64,000 nt of DNA from Candidatus Omnitrophota bacterium (GCA_028716245.1 JAQUQW010000001.1:485925-549924); one strand, 5' to 3'; shown: positions 29,939 through 41,095, numbered from the stretch's first letter. The notes: generated by a model not told the origin, from the sequence alone. Made by a program: numbers and translations.

Positions 29939-31057
29939 TTAACTACGTACGTCGGTTTTAACCGGTACGGTTACTTTCTTAAGATATTGAATTTCGCTAA
30001 GCACAATCCCCGTACCGTTAGCAACCGCGACAATCGGATCATCGGTTATATGCACGGGAAGCCCGGTTTCTTCGGAAATTAATTTATCCAATCCTCTTAA
30101 TAATGAACCGCCTCCGGCCATAACAATACCGTGATCAATAAGATCGGCGGCTAACTCCGGGGGAGTCCGCTCTAACGATACTTTTGTAACTTCTAATATC
30201 GCGCGCAGAGGTTCCTGCAGGGACTCGCGTATTTCTTCGCTGGTAATGGTTACGGTTTTAGGAAGCCCGGCAACCATGTCCCTGCCTTTTACCTCCATGC
30301 TCATCTCTTCTTCCAAAGGATAAGCTGAACCAATCTTTATCTTAATATCTTCAGAGGTTCGTTCCCCAACCATAAGATTATATGTTTTCTTAAGATACTC
30401 GACTATTGCTTCATTCATTTCATCTCCGCCGATACGAATGGATTTTGAAAAAACTGTTCCGGCAAGCGAAATTACCGCGATCTCCGTAGTCCCGCCTCCG
30501 ACATCAATAATCATGTTACCGACGGGCTCCTGGATAGGCAGGCCCACGCCGATAGCCGCGGCGATTGGCTCTTCAATCAAAAACACTTCCCTGGCTCCGG
30601 CGCGCTCCGCGGAATCCTTTACCGCCCGCTTTTCCACTTCGGTTATGCCCGAAGGGATAGCAATAACAATCCTGGGCCTGACTAAAACCTTGCGGTGATG
30701 CACCTTTTTAATAAAATACCGAAGCATAGCTTCGGTAATCTCAAAATCAGAAATAACTCCGTCTTTCATCGGCCGGATCGCAATGATGTTGCCGGGAGTC
30801 CGCCCAAGCATACGCTTGGCTTCATCTCCTACGGCTAAAACATGCGAAGTACCGCGTTCAATAGCCACCACCGAAGGCTCACAAAGCACTACCCCTTCGC
30901 CTTTAACAAAAACTAAAGTTGTCGCTGTTCCCAGGTCAATCCCCATATCATTGGAAAAAAGACCTAAAACATAATTGATCGCCCTCTTTAGTTGTTGACT
31001 TAGCTTTCCCATATTTATTATCTCCTTGCCTACTAAGGCACACCCGCGCAATTCCAT
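29939..31057 (-). CDS. mreB: Actin-like rod shape-determining protein MreB
   Basis: [23 protein letters not shown] and DIGGGTTE actin-fold motifs. The true start is probably the Met at about 31012 (MGKLSQQ...). Confidence 0.9.
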   Translation of the reverse strand: MELRGCALVGKEIINMGKLSQQLKRAINYVLGLFSNDMGIDLGTATTLVFVKGEGVVLCEPSVVAIERGTSHVLAVGDEAKRMLGRTPGNIIAIRPMKDGVISDFEITEAMLRYFIKKVHHRKVLVRPRIVIAIPSGITEVEKRAVKDSAERAGAREVFLIEEPIAAAIGVGLPIQEPVGNMIIDVGGGTTEIAVISLAGTVFSKSIRIGGDEMNEAIVEYLKKTYNLMVGERTSEDIKIKIGSAYPLEEEMSMEVKGRDMVAGLPKTVTITSEEIRESLQEPLRAILEVTKVSLERTPPELAADLIDHGIVMAGGGSLLRGLDKLISEETGLPVHITDDPIVAVANGTGIVLSEIQYLKKVTVPVKTDVRS

Positions 31058-31145
31058 ATAAGCGCGGCATGTGAAATTAGGTAGTTAGAAAGATATTAAC
31101 AAAGATTAAACCCTTTGTCAAATAAATAAATGCGGCCACAACTTA

Positions 31146-32519
31146 CTAGCCTGCCCCCAAACTCTTCAATGCCTCTAAAAATCCGGGGAAAGATTTACCG
31201 ACGCAGTTGATATCATCCAGCCTGGACGCTCCTTCCGCTGCCAAAGCAGCAACCACCATGCTCATGGCAGTACGATGATCCCCGAAACTCTTAAGGCTGG
31301 CGCCATGAAGATGCTTGCCGCCTTTTATAATTATACTTTCTGCGGAACCGGTTTTTTTAACTCCGATATCCGCTCCCATAGATTTTAAATTTCTAACCAT
31401 AGAATTAATACGATCAGTTTCCTTAACCCTTAACTCACCTGCCCCTTTGATTACCGTCCTGCCTTCTGCAAAACAGGCAGCAACCATAATAATCGGCAAC
31501 TCATCAACTAATGAAGGTATTTCGTAAGAAGCAACGGATGCCCCTTTAAGCTTACTGCTGCTTATTATAAGATTACCAACGGGTTCAAAACTTCCGGATT
31601 GCCTGCCCCTAAGATCTCTTATTTTTATCTTTGCCTGCATTCTTTTAAGAACCTTGATTATTCCAATGCGGGTAGGATTAAGGCTCAAACGTTCAAAGGT
31701 AATTTTAGCTCCGGGAATTATTGAGGCTAAAACCATAAAAAAAGCTGCCGAAGAAATATCCCCGGGGATATAAATTTGGCCCGGACTAACTAAGGCCCTA
31801 TCCGGATCTAAGGTTATACCATTATTTTTTGCAACTATGTTTACGCCAAAAATTTTAAGCATACGCTCCGTATGATCGCGGCTGCCTAGGCGCTCGATAA
31901 CCCGGGTCTTACCTTTAGCCGATAAACCTGCCAGAAGAATCGCGGATTTAACCTGAGCCGAAGCAATAGGCATGCGATAAACAATCCCCCTAAGATCCCC
32001 TCCATTTATAACTATCGGAGCATACTCTTCCCCGCCTTTGATTTTTGCGCTAATGCCGGCTCCCATCAAACGTAAAGGCACATTTACCCTGGACATCGGC
32101 CTTGCCGAAAGATATTTTCCCGCGATAATTTTGGTTTTAAAATCCTCTGCCGCTAAAACGCCTAAAAGCAGGCGTAAGGTCGTACCGGAATTACCCACAA
32201 AAATCGGTTTACGGGATTTTTTTAAACCCTGCCTTCCCCTGCCAAAAACCAGAACCTGGTTTTCCTTAATGCGTATACTTACCCCCAAAGCAGTTAAGGC
32301 ATTTAATGTAGCTAAAGAATCGGCGTGGATTGGAAAATTTTTAAGGATAGTTTTCCCTTGGCTTAAAGCGCTTAAAATCAAGGCTCGGTGGGCGATAGAC
32401 TTATCACCGGGAAGGGTTAGTTTACCACAGGGGATGAACTTATCCTGGATTAAAAAAGATTTGGTGCGGTTAGAAAATTTTACTTTTGCCCGATTAGCAG
32501 ATTTTCTAACGGGGCTCAC
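31146..32519 (-). CDS. aroA: 3-phosphoshikimate 1-carboxyvinyltransferase (EPSP synthase)
   Basis: LPGDKSIAHRALILSAL, LNALTALGVS and RVKETDRI match AroA rather than MurA. The N-terminal roughly 25 aa may be an over-extension. Confidence 0.85.
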   Translation of the reverse strand: MSPVRKSANRAKVKFSNRTKSFLIQDKFIPCGKLTLPGDKSIAHRALILSALSQGKTILKNFPIHADSLATLNALTALGVSIRIKENQVLVFGRGRQGLKKSRKPIFVGNSGTTLRLLLGVLAAEDFKTKIIAGKYLSARPMSRVNVPLRLMGAGISAKIKGGEEYAPIVINGGDLRGIVYRMPIASAQVKSAILLAGLSAKGKTRVIERLGSRDHTERMLKIFGVNIVAKNNGITLDPDRALVSPGQIYIPGDISSAAFFMVLASIIPGAKITFERLSLNPTRIGIIKVLKRMQAKIKIRDLRGRQSGSFEPVGNLIISSSKLKGASVASYEIPSLVDELPIIMVAACFAEGRTVIKGAGELRVKETDRINSMVRNLKSMGADIGVKKTGSAESIIIKGGKHLHGASLKSFGDHRTAMSMVVAALAAEGASRLDDINCVGKSFPGFLEALKSLGAG

Positions 32520-33373
32520 TTTGCTTTTTGCGTTACCTTATCGTTTTCTTTGATCAGGTCTTTTAACTCCGGAATAAAACCTGCGGCAGACATAGATTCA
32601 TGGACCTTCTCGACCTTTAAATCGCCGATATATTTGCCGTCGCGGGTAACCCTGAACTCCTGCCCTAACTCAACCTTATCTTTACTGCCTAAATTAATCA
32701 CGGCAAAATTAAACTCTTTGTTTACGATCATAACCTTGCCTTCCAAAATACCCGGCGAAGGGATTTGAGTTTTTTTATCAGTTTTTTCCGCCTTTAAGGC
32801 AGCAGCGTTAATCTTGGCATTAGCCGCTTTAACCTTTCCCTTAGCGGTATTATCAATCACAACGGGTTCCCCGGCGACAACAACCTTACCCAGCTCTACA
32901 CCCGCTGAGCCGCTTTCCATATTTTTGATTTTATCCTCAAGTTCAGCCTTTTGTTTTTGGATAATTTTTATCTGCTCCTTTGTTTGTTTACCCTCTTCTT
33001 GAGCTGCTTGGAGCCTGTTCTCAAGGTCCTGCCGCAAAGATTTCTGCTGCTCAAGGTCTGCCTTAAACTGCTCTAATTTATTTGAAGTTTCCGCCAGTTC
33101 CGATTTCTTCTGGATCATCTCCTTAATTAAAGAATCGACCTTGGCGCCGGACTCCTGTAATTTAAGCGCAAGCTCACTGGCCTGTTTCTTGGATTCTCCA
33201 AGCTTATCCTCGGTAATACGCTGACGATTATTTAACTCGGTAATTTGATCCTGAAGTTGGATATTCTGCGCGTGTTCTTTTTGGTATAAATAAAATGATA
33301 CAGCGGCAAATGCTGATGCGATAATAATTAGGACGATTAAAATGGGTAAGATAATTGTACCTTTGCGATACAT
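32516..33373 (-). CDS. Membrane-anchored coiled-coil protein with C-terminal beta-rich domain (hypothetical)
   Basis: One N-terminal TM helix, about 130 aa of heptad-like Q/E/K-rich sequence, and a C-terminal GKVMIVNKEFNFAVINLG...YIGDLKVEKV segment. Confidence 0.45.
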   Translation of the reverse strand: MYRKGTIILPILIVLIIIASAFAAVSFYLYQKEHAQNIQLQDQITELNNRQRITEDKLGESKKQASELALKLQESGAKVDSLIKEMIQKKSELAETSNKLEQFKADLEQQKSLRQDLENRLQAAQEEGKQTKEQIKIIQKQKAELEDKIKNMESGSAGVELGKVVVAGEPVVIDNTAKGKVKAANAKINAAALKAEKTDKKTQIPSPGILEGKVMIVNKEFNFAVINLGSKDKVELGQEFRVTRDGKYIGDLKVEKVHESMSAAGFIPELKDLIKENDKVTQKAK

Positions 33374-33494
33374 TTTGCCTCCTTTTGTCTACGAAGACAA
33401 CACCCGCGCAACTTGCGCTAAACGCGGGGTGTCTCACCTATTATAATTTAATCCGTGTTTATTACCCATTACTATAACATTAGTTAGGTAAAAA

Positions 33495-34412
33495 TCAAGA
33501 TATATTTTTTTTAATGAAATCTTCCAACTCTAGGGGTATCTTGCTGGTAAAATGAACCGGCTTATTTCTGGCAGGATGGATAAAACCAATTTCTTGGGCG
33601 TGTAAAGCCAGGCGGGGAAAATTAGCATTCTTTCCGTATTTAGTATCGCCCAGTATGGGATATCCTAAATGCGCCAGGTGCACCCTAAGCTGATGCGTCC
33701 TGCCGGTAAACGGCCTTAATTCCAGAAAACTAAAAAATTTACCGCGTTTTAAAGTACGGTAGTGCGTGCGGGCGTATTTAGTGTTTGGCGCAAAACTAAC
33801 GGCCATATTTTTTCGCTTTAAAGGATGCCGGCCGATAGGGGCTTCGATTACATCTTCATCAAACTCAACCCGGCCGCAAACGATGGCAATATATTTTCGC
33901 TGGATACTATGCTGGGCAAACTGCTTGGCTAATTTTAAATGGCTGGAATTATTTTTGGCAATCACCAAAAGGCCGCTGGTATCTTTATCCAAACGGTGAA
34001 CAATACCCGGCCGGTTTTTGTTTATATCAGAAAGCTGCGTTCCTCGGCCAAGAAGAGCATTAACTAAGGTGTGCTCCCAGTTTCCGGGAGACGGGTGCAC
34101 CACCAGGCCCGTCTGTTTATTGATCACCAGCAGATCATCATCCTCATAAACAATCTCCAAAGGGATCTGTTCCGGTAAAAATTCTGTTTTTTCTTTTTCG
34201 GGAAGAATGATTTTGATCGCATCTGCCGGATTTACTTTGTAATGAGGAGTCTTGACTGCTTGAGAGTTTAAAAAAACCCTGCCTTCATGGATAAGTTTCT
34301 GGATAATTGTACGCGATAAACCCAAATTATTGCGCGCAGAATAATCCGTTAAAAGCAAATCCAGGCGCGTCTTGGCCTCTTTGGCTAAGACTTTTAATAA
34401 CAATTCTTTCAT
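33495..34412 (-). CDS. rluD: RluA-family 23S rRNA pseudouridine synthase (RluD-like)
   Basis: N-terminal S4 domain and the catalytic motif HRLDKDTSGLLV. Confidence 0.85.
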   Translation of the reverse strand: MKELLLKVLAKEAKTRLDLLLTDYSARNNLGLSRTIIQKLIHEGRVFLNSQAVKTPHYKVNPADAIKIILPEKEKTEFLPEQIPLEIVYEDDDLLVINKQTGLVVHPSPGNWEHTLVNALLGRGTQLSDINKNRPGIVHRLDKDTSGLLVIAKNNSSHLKLAKQFAQHSIQRKYIAIVCGRVEFDEDVIEAPIGRHPLKRKNMAVSFAPNTKYARTHYRTLKRGKFFSFLELRPFTGRTHQLRVHLAHLGYPILGDTKYGKNANFPRLALHAQEIGFIHPARNKPVHFTSKIPLELEDFIKKNIS

Positions 34413-35149
34413 AATGTTTTTTTCTTATCGTAAGCTATCTTGATTAGGATCAAAAGCGAGACAATAAACATCGCCAAAGACAGAAGCTGAAAAATAGTTA
34501 AGCCATAAAACAATCGGGGGCTGTCGTTGCGGAAATATTCGATAAAGAAACGTTTTATAGAATAAAGAAAAAGATAAGCGCAAAGGATAGTCCCCGGAAG
34601 GTGTTTTCTATCCTGCATAAATCTTAAAACAAAGAAAATAAACAATAGAAGCAAAGAGGAATATAATTGCGTCGGGATTAAGACCTGGTCAAAAACTTTA
34701 AAATATATCCCAAATGCTGAAACCCTTCCAAAACAACATCCGTTTAAAAGACACCCGATCCTGCCGATTGCCTGCCCCAAAGCAATAAAAGGAACCAAGA
34801 GGTCCAGGGTTCTAAGCAACCCCAGCTTATTCTTCTTGATGAATAAAATCACAACCAGTGACCCAAAAATTACCCCTCCAAACCAGGCCAGGCCTCCGTG
34901 TTGGAGCATAATGATCTCCAGGGGATTGCGCAGGTAAGAGCTGAGGTCATTGAGCACATAAAAGGCCCGGGCACCGATAATTCCAAAGATAAAAACAAGA
35001 AAAAACAGATTAAAAATTAAATCGGGATCAAGCCCCTCTTTTTTTGCTTGTAAAGAAGCCAAATAGCTGCTCACAAAAAAAGCCAGGACCAGCATAAGGC
35101 CGTATGAATAAATAGTAAACGGACCGATTTGACAGATTTCAGGCAGCAT
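34409..35149 (-). CDS. lgt: Prolipoprotein diacylglyceryl transferase
   Basis: Polytopic membrane protein with the Lgt signature LQHGGLAWFGGVIFG and a conserved G.RAFYV. Confidence 0.85.
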   Translation of the reverse strand: MLPEICQIGPFTIYSYGLMLVLAFFVSSYLASLQAKKEGLDPDLIFNLFFLVFIFGIIGARAFYVLNDLSSYLRNPLEIIMLQHGGLAWFGGVIFGSLVVILFIKKNKLGLLRTLDLLVPFIALGQAIGRIGCLLNGCCFGRVSAFGIYFKVFDQVLIPTQLYSSLLLLFIFFVLRFMQDRKHLPGTILCAYLFLYSIKRFFIEYFRNDSPRLFYGLTIFQLLSLAMFIVSLLILIKIAYDKKKTL

Positions 35150-35573
35150 TTTTCTTAAATAATAATTCCCAGGTTAATAAAATCGCGGCGATGGTTATGA
35201 CCGAATCCGCCAGATTAAACACCGGCCAGATCCGCAGGTCCAGAAAATCAATCACAAAACCAAAACGCAGGCGGTCAATCAGGTTACCGGCTGAGCCGCC
35301 TAAAATTAAGCTTAAAGATAATTTAAAAATAAATGAATTCTTTTTGTTCCTGAGGTTGTGCAAAATAAGCGCGATTGCAAAAATCGAAATCAGCACAAAC
35401 ATAAACAGCTGGTTTTGGAACAGACCAAAAGCCGCCCCGCGATTATGCACCAAGGTCAGGTTTAAAAAATTTTTTATCAAAATAACCGGGGTATTTAATC
35501 GCAGGAGTCTTACGGCGAGAAACTTGGTAATCTGGTCTAAAAAAATTACACTGGCAATAATGGTCAAGGCCAT
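35139..35573 (-). CDS. lspA: Lipoprotein signal peptidase II
   Basis: NRGAAFG and FNLADS catalytic-Asp motifs. Four TM segments. Classic ileS-lspA neighbourhood. Confidence 0.85.
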   Translation of the reverse strand: MALTIIASVIFLDQITKFLAVRLLRLNTPVILIKNFLNLTLVHNRGAAFGLFQNQLFMFVLISIFAIALILHNLRNKKNSFIFKLSLSLILGGSAGNLIDRLRFGFVIDFLDLRIWPVFNLADSVITIAAILLTWELLFKKNAA

Positions 35574-35599
35574 CTGTTAAGCCTGATAAATTAAAGCTT

Positions 35600-36010
35600 T
35601 TATCTTTTTTCCCTTTTCTGCTGGCACTTTATGCAGAGCCGGGCAGAAGGGACCGCTTTTAACCTGATTTTAGTAATTTGCCCTTTGCAATCATCGCAAA
35701 TGCCAAAAGATCCGTCTTCTATCCTCTTTAGCGCGTCATCCAGCTCATAAAGAACTTTTCTTTCATTGGAAGCCAGCCCCAACGAAAACTCACGGTCATA
35801 ATTATCGGTAGCCACATCGGCCATATGATAGGTATAGCCGGAAATGTCCCCGGAGGCCTCTTTCTGGGATTTTCTTAACGTATCGTCGGATATATGCTTA
35901 AGATCCTCGAATATCTCTTCTTTTTTCTTGAGGACGATTTTCTTAAACTCCTTTAAATCTTTTTTTAAAAATTTCTTCACTTGGCCTTCCCCCTTAATGC
36001 CGCAAGGCAA
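35600..36010 (-). CDS. DksA/TraR-family C4 zinc-finger protein
   Basis: C-terminal CDDCKGQI...CIKCQ four-Cys finger after a coiled-coil. Positioned between ileS and lspA, as in many bacteria. Confidence 0.7.
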   Translation of the reverse strand: MPCGIKGEGQVKKFLKKDLKEFKKIVLKKKEEIFEDLKHISDDTLRKSQKEASGDISGYTYHMADVATDNYDREFSLGLASNERKVLYELDDALKRIEDGSFGICDDCKGQITKIRLKAVPSARLCIKCQQKREKR

Positions 36011-38769
36011 TTATCACAAAGCAAAGGATGCTCTTTATCCTTGCCTATCTCTTGCGAATAATTCCAACAACGCGGGCATTTGCTGCCTTTGGCTTTGGCT
36101 ACCTTAATCGAAAGATCTTCGGGATTTTCCTTATCCAGGGTAACCTCAACGCCAGAAACCTTAAAAATCTCACAGAGTTGCTCTTTAAAGCTTTGTAAGA
36201 ATGTATAACGATCCTGGGTTTTTGTCAATATATTTATTTGCGCATCAAAGGAGCTGCCGATCTCGCTTTTTGTACGTAATTCTTCTAACTTCTTGGCTAC
36301 TTGAGGAGATAAAAATTTAATAACATATAAATCAAGATTAAGCAGTTCTTTTTCTTCGCTCACAAAAAGCTTCTCCTTGTTTTCCGGCCAATCTAAAAGA
36401 TGAACACTGGCTAAAGATTGATCCTTAGCCTCCTTGGGCATATTTTGCCAGATCTCTTCAGCGGTAAAAACTAAAATGGGAGAAATAATCCTTACCAGGC
36501 AATTAAGGACTTCATATAAAACTGTCTGGGACGCCCTTCTCTGCGGCGAAGAAGCAGCATAAGTATATAATCTGCCTTTGGCCATATCCAAATAATACAT
36601 CGAAAGGTCTTCGTTACAGAAATCATAAATTGATTTATAGGCCTTATGAAATTCAAAATCAGCGTAGGCTTTATCCACCACGGAGCATAATGAATTTAAA
36701 CGGCTAAGTATCCACTGATCAATTTTTCTAAAATCTTTATATTCTGCTTTCTGCGTATCCGGGTCAAAATCATACAAATTACTTAAAATAAAACGCGCGG
36801 TATTCCTGATCTTACGATAGGCCTCAGATAAACGGCTTAAGATAACCGGCGAGATACGGATATCTTCATTATAGTCGCTGGAGGCAACCCACATCCTTAA
36901 GATATCTGCGCCGTAATCCTTGATAGTTTCAAAAGGAGAAATAACATTGCCTGAAGATTTAGACATCTTTCGGCCTGAGCCGTCAACCACAAAACCATGG
37001 GTCAGCACATTCTTAAAAGGCGCTTTCTCCTCTATGCAGACAGACGGAATAAGCGATGATTGGAACCATCCGCGGTGCTGATCCGAACCCTCAAGATAAA
37101 GGCCGGCCGGAAATTCCAACTCTTTCCTTTTCTTTAATACTGCCTGCCAGCTTAACCCGGAATCAAACCAGACGTCTAAGATATCAGCGCCTTTAGAAAA
37201 ATTTTTACCCTTACAATGCGGACAGTAAATATCTCCCTGAAGGAAATCTTCGACCGGCTGTTCAAACCAGCAATCTGTCCCGGTTTTTGCGCTTTGGAAC
37301 GCAAAATTCCGGATTACCTCTGTGGATAAAAATTCTTCTTTACAATTATTACAGATTAAAGCCGGGATAGGCACGCCCCAGTATCTTTGGCGGGAAAGAC
37401 ACCAATCCGGCCGCAAAGAAACCATCGCCGAAATCCTTTCTTCTCCGGTAGGAGGAACCCATTTAACATGCTGGTGGATTATCTTTAGCAGTTTATTCCT
37501 TAAATCATTATGTTCCATATTCAAAAACCACTGCCGGGTCGCCCTAAAGATTACCGGAGTCTTACAGCGCCAGCAGTGCGGATATGAATGCCGGATACTG
37601 AAGTTAAACAGCAAGGCGCCGGTTTTTTCTAATTTCTCAAGGATGGGCTGATTAGCATCATATACATGCAACCCCTGGAACTCGCCGGCAGTAGAATCAA
37701 AAATACCTTTAGCATCAACCGGCATAATTATATCCAATTTATATTTAATCCCGGTAAAATAATCTTCATTACCGTGGCCAGGCGCGGTGTGCACTAAGCC
37801 CGTGCCTTCTTCACCAGATACATAGTCAGCTAAAACTACCCTGCCTTCTCTTGGCATAAAAGGATGGGTATAAATTAACCCTTCCAGATTCCTGCCTTTT
37901 AGCTCCTTAATAATTGTATGTTTGGAGATACTGCTGTTAGTTAAAAAAACAGACAGTAAATCTTTGGCAACAATCAAATTCCCTTTTTCGGTATTAATGT
38001 AAAGGTAGGAAAACTGCGGATGCACAGCCACAGCAACATTAGCAAGCAAGGTCCAGGGCGTGGTGGTCCAGATAACCAGGAAACTGTCCTCCTGAAAATC
38101 TTGATGCTCATTAAGCTTAAATTTTACATAAATCGACGGAGAACTGTGATCCTCATATTCAACCTCGGCTTCAGCCAGAGCAGTCTCGCATTTAAAACAC
38201 CAATTCACCGGCTTGAGGCCATGATACAAATACCCTTTTTCATTAAGCACAGCTAAAGAATTAAGTATACTCTCCTCGTAATCATGGCTTAAAGTTAAAT
38301 ACGGGTTTTCCCAATCGGCAAATACTCCTAAACGCTTAAATTGATCCTTTTGCGTTTCGACATATTTGTTGGCATAAACAAATGCCTTTTTGCGGAAATC
38401 CAATTGGGATATCTGGGATTTATGCATTTTGAGCTCTTTGAGCAGTTGATGTTCAATCGGCAGGCCGTGGCAATCCCATCCGGGCACATAAGCGCAGGAA
38501 TTTCCGCGCAGCGTCTTATATTTAACAATAATATCCTTTAAAGTTTTATTTAAGGCATGGCCGATATGGATATCGCCGTTAGCATAAGGCGGGCCGTCAT
38601 GCAGGATATACTTTGGCTTTCCTTCGGATTTTTTGCTGACGAGCTTATAAATACCCTGCCCTATCCATTTCTGCAATAAAAGCGGCTCCCTTCTGGGAAG
38701 ATCAGCCTTCATCGGAAAATCCGTTTTGGGTAAATTTAAGGTATTTTTATATTCGGAATTATTGGACAT
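35977..38769 (-). CDS. ileS: Isoleucine--tRNA ligase
   Basis: HIGH motif PYANGDIHIGHALN, KMSKS, a CP1 editing domain, and a C-terminal zinc-binding Cys cluster. 930 aa. Confidence 0.95.
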   Translation of the reverse strand: MSNNSEYKNTLNLPKTDFPMKADLPRREPLLLQKWIGQGIYKLVSKKSEGKPKYILHDGPPYANGDIHIGHALNKTLKDIIVKYKTLRGNSCAYVPGWDCHGLPIEHQLLKELKMHKSQISQLDFRKKAFVYANKYVETQKDQFKRLGVFADWENPYLTLSHDYEESILNSLAVLNEKGYLYHGLKPVNWCFKCETALAEAEVEYEDHSSPSIYVKFKLNEHQDFQEDSFLVIWTTTPWTLLANVAVAVHPQFSYLYINTEKGNLIVAKDLLSVFLTNSSISKHTIIKELKGRNLEGLIYTHPFMPREGRVVLADYVSGEEGTGLVHTAPGHGNEDYFTGIKYKLDIIMPVDAKGIFDSTAGEFQGLHVYDANQPILEKLEKTGALLFNFSIRHSYPHCWRCKTPVIFRATRQWFLNMEHNDLRNKLLKIIHQHVKWVPPTGEERISAMVSLRPDWCLSRQRYWGVPIPALICNNCKEEFLSTEVIRNFAFQSAKTGTDCWFEQPVEDFLQGDIYCPHCKGKNFSKGADILDVWFDSGLSWQAVLKKRKELEFPAGLYLEGSDQHRGWFQSSLIPSVCIEEKAPFKNVLTHGFVVDGSGRKMSKSSGNVISPFETIKDYGADILRMWVASSDYNEDIRISPVILSRLSEAYRKIRNTARFILSNLYDFDPDTQKAEYKDFRKIDQWILSRLNSLCSVVDKAYADFEFHKAYKSIYDFCNEDLSMYYLDMAKGRLYTYAASSPQRRASQTVLYEVLNCLVRIISPILVFTAEEIWQNMPKEAKDQSLASVHLLDWPENKEKLFVSEEKELLNLDLYVIKFLSPQVAKKLEELRTKSEIGSSFDAQINILTKTQDRYTFLQSFKEQLCEIFKVSGVEVTLDKENPEDLSIKVAKAKGSKCPRCWNYSQEIGKDKEHPLLCDNCLAALRGKAK

Positions 38770-39619
38770 ACTTTCCTATAATTATATTTAAATCTTTTTT
38801 GGTTTTTCCAGGAATGAGTTTTTTATCCGTAACAATGGCAAACTTTAATGCCTGGCCGCAACTGCACAGGCGTTGCGGCTCTAACTCCTTAATCACTTTA
38901 TGGATAATCTTTTTAGCATTCTCGGCATTTTTCTGCAGGTTACTGATCACCATCTCCAAAGTTACCGACTCATGCTCCGGATGCCAGCAGTCATAATCAG
39001 TAATACAGGCAACCGTAGAATAACAAATCTCCGCCTCGCGGCAAAGCTTGGCTTCGGCCAGATTAGTCATCCCAATCACATCCATGCCCCAGCTGCGGTA
39101 AAGCTTGCTTTCGGCTAATGTAGAAAATTGCGGGCCTTCCATGTTAATATATGTGCCGCCTCTATGCATATTCAAATTTAAAGATTTACCGGCTGAGTAG
39201 ATGCCTGCGCTAAGCTGTGCGCACACAGGATGGCTAAAGACAATATGACTGACAATGCCCCGGTCAAAAAAACTCATTTCCCGCGCGTGATTAGTACGGT
39301 CGACAAACTGGTCCACCACCACAAAATCCAAAGGCTTCATCTCCTCCTTCAGGCTTCCGCAGGCAGTTACCGAAATAATCCTTTCTACGCCTAATTTTTT
39401 CATCGCGAAAATATTAGCCCGGTAATTTATCTGGCTGGGGGATATGCGGTGCCCAACTCCATGGCGCGGCAAAAAAACTACCTCTTTATTTTCTAACCTT
39501 CCGATTGTAAATTTATCCGAAGGCCTGCCAAAAGGAGTCTTAACAGTTACCTGCTTTATAATCTCTATCCCTTCGATTTTGTATAGTCCGCTTCCGCCGA
39601 TAATACCGATTTTTGACAT
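38759..39619 (-). CDS. mtnP: S-methyl-5'-thioadenosine phosphorylase (PNP family 2)
   Basis: MSKIGIIGGSGLY N-terminus, a phosphate-binding region and the MTAP-type purine-binding C-terminus. Confidence 0.8.
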   Translation of the reverse strand: MSKIGIIGGSGLYKIEGIEIIKQVTVKTPFGRPSDKFTIGRLENKEVVFLPRHGVGHRISPSQINYRANIFAMKKLGVERIISVTACGSLKEEMKPLDFVVVDQFVDRTNHAREMSFFDRGIVSHIVFSHPVCAQLSAGIYSAGKSLNLNMHRGGTYINMEGPQFSTLAESKLYRSWGMDVIGMTNLAEAKLCREAEICYSTVACITDYDCWHPEHESVTLEMVISNLQKNAENAKKIIHKVIKELEPQRLCSCGQALKFAIVTDKKLIPGKTKKDLNIIIGKYVQ

Positions 39620-39620
39620 A

Positions 39621-40439
39621 TTAATTCCCTTTCCCTAATTCATCAGCGCGCTTGCTGGCGCTTTTTACTGCTTCTTCAAGAGACCCCCCTGATTGCAGCA
39701 CATCAAGGCCGGCTTGAGTTGTCCCCCCTTTTGAAGCAACCATTTTAATTATATCCGCGCAGGATAAATTTCTTTCTTTTAACATGGCAATAATGCCATC
39801 AACGGTCTTCTCAGATAAAACATCAGCTTCCCGCTGGTCAAAACCTATACTCACGGCAGCATCCGCTAACATTTTAATGAACCCATCCCGCTCTTTATCC
39901 GCGTTTGCCTTTTCTTTAATATAATGACAGAAAAAAGCCGGTCCACTTCCGGAAACTGCTGTTGCCGCATTAAGCATCTTCTCCTCGGTGGTAACCAATA
40001 CCAGGCCTATATAATTTAATAACTGCCAGGCCGAATCCAGGTCCGCTGCGGTAGCATTTTCTTCCTTGAACAAAACAGAAACTCCCCGGCCGATCTGAGC
40101 CGGCATATTCGGCATAACCCTGATGATCCGCGTTTTTTCGCCCAAGCGGTTCTTGATGTATTTGGTAGTAATGCCGGCGGCGATAGTAATAATCAACTTG
40201 CCCTGCGTAAAATTTTTGATCTCATTAAGCAAGGTATCAAAATCTTGCGGTTTGACTGCCAGAATAATAATTTCGGATTCTTTGGCTAACTGAACAGGCG
40301 CACCGGCAACAGTTATATTTTTTAAGGCAGAGATTTTATTTTTATCTTTATCAAAAACACAGACCGCATACTTTTCTTTTATGCGCTCTGCGATTGCCTT
40401 ACCCATATTCCCGTAACCGATAATGCCGACTTTTTCCAT
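39621..40439 (-). CDS. proC: Pyrroline-5-carboxylate reductase
   Basis: Rossmann GIIGYGNMGKAI at the N-terminus and a P5CR dimerisation domain. Confidence 0.85.
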   Translation of the reverse strand: MEKVGIIGYGNMGKAIAERIKEKYAVCVFDKDKNKISALKNITVAGAPVQLAKESEIIILAVKPQDFDTLLNEIKNFTQGKLIITIAAGITTKYIKNRLGEKTRIIRVMPNMPAQIGRGVSVLFKEENATAADLDSAWQLLNYIGLVLVTTEEKMLNAATAVSGSGPAFFCHYIKEKANADKERDGFIKMLADAAVSIGFDQREADVLSEKTVDGIIAMLKERNLSCADIIKMVASKGGTTQAGLDVLQSGGSLEEAVKSASKRADELGKGN

Positions 40440-40441
40440 TC

Positions 40442-41095
40442 TTAACCCTCAAATATCGCTCTCCCTAATCTTATAATATTAGCGCCCTCTTCTATCGCCA
40501 CCTCAAAATCATCGCTCATCCCCATCGAAAGCAGCCAAGCGGGATTTAATTTATCCCGTAATTGCCTAAGCCGCGCGAAATACGGGCGCGCTTCCTGGGT
40601 ATCACCTACCACCGCGGCGATAGTCATTAATCCTTTAATTCTTATATTCTTTAGTTCGGTAATTTCTGAGCAAGCATCGCTTAAGGCTTCCGGGGAAAAC
40701 CCGAATTTTGTGGCTTCCGGAGAAGTTTTGGCCTCAAGGAACACCTCTTGAATTTTATTCATCCTGGCTGCCTGCTTATCAATCGCTTGAGCTAAACTGA
40801 CCGAATCAACCGAATGAATAAAGTCAAATATTTTTAAGGCCTCTTTTACTTTATTTGACTGCAAGTGGCCGATCATATGCCAGGTTAGACCGGAAAATTG
40901 TTCATATTTCCCCAAGGCTTCCTGCACCCTGTTCTCGCCGATATCTTTTAGGCCAAAACTCGTTGCTTCTTGAATTTGGAGAAAAGATCTGCCTTTGGTT
41001 ACGCAGATTACGGTAATCTTATCAGGATCAACCTTAATCTTTGCGCAAGCCTGCCCGATACGCTGCCTGACTCTCTCGATATTCTCTTTAATCAT
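40442..41095 (-). CDS. yggS: YggS/PLPHP-family pyridoxal-phosphate homeostasis protein
   Basis: VTKGR Lys motif, IGHLQSNK and SMGMSDDFEVAIEEG match YggS/YlmE, which sits at the distal end of dcw clusters in other bacteria. Confidence 0.85.
   Translation of the reverse strand: MIKENIERVRQRIGQACAKIKVDPDKITVICVTKGRSFLQIQEATSFGLKDIGENRVQEALGKYEQFSGLTWHMIGHLQSNKVKEALKIFDFIHSVDSVSLAQAIDKQAARMNKIQEVFLEAKTSPEATKFGFSPEALSDACSEITELKNIRIKGLMTIAAVVGDTQEARPYFARLRQLRDKLNPAWLLSMGMSDDFEVAIEEGANIIRLGRAIFEG

Noticed and set aside
31146-32519. Calling this enolpyruvyl transferase MurA because it sits near cell-wall genes.
   Set aside because: N-terminal LPGDKSIAHRALILSAL, LNALTALGVS and C-terminal KETDRI match EPSP synthase (AroA), not MurA.
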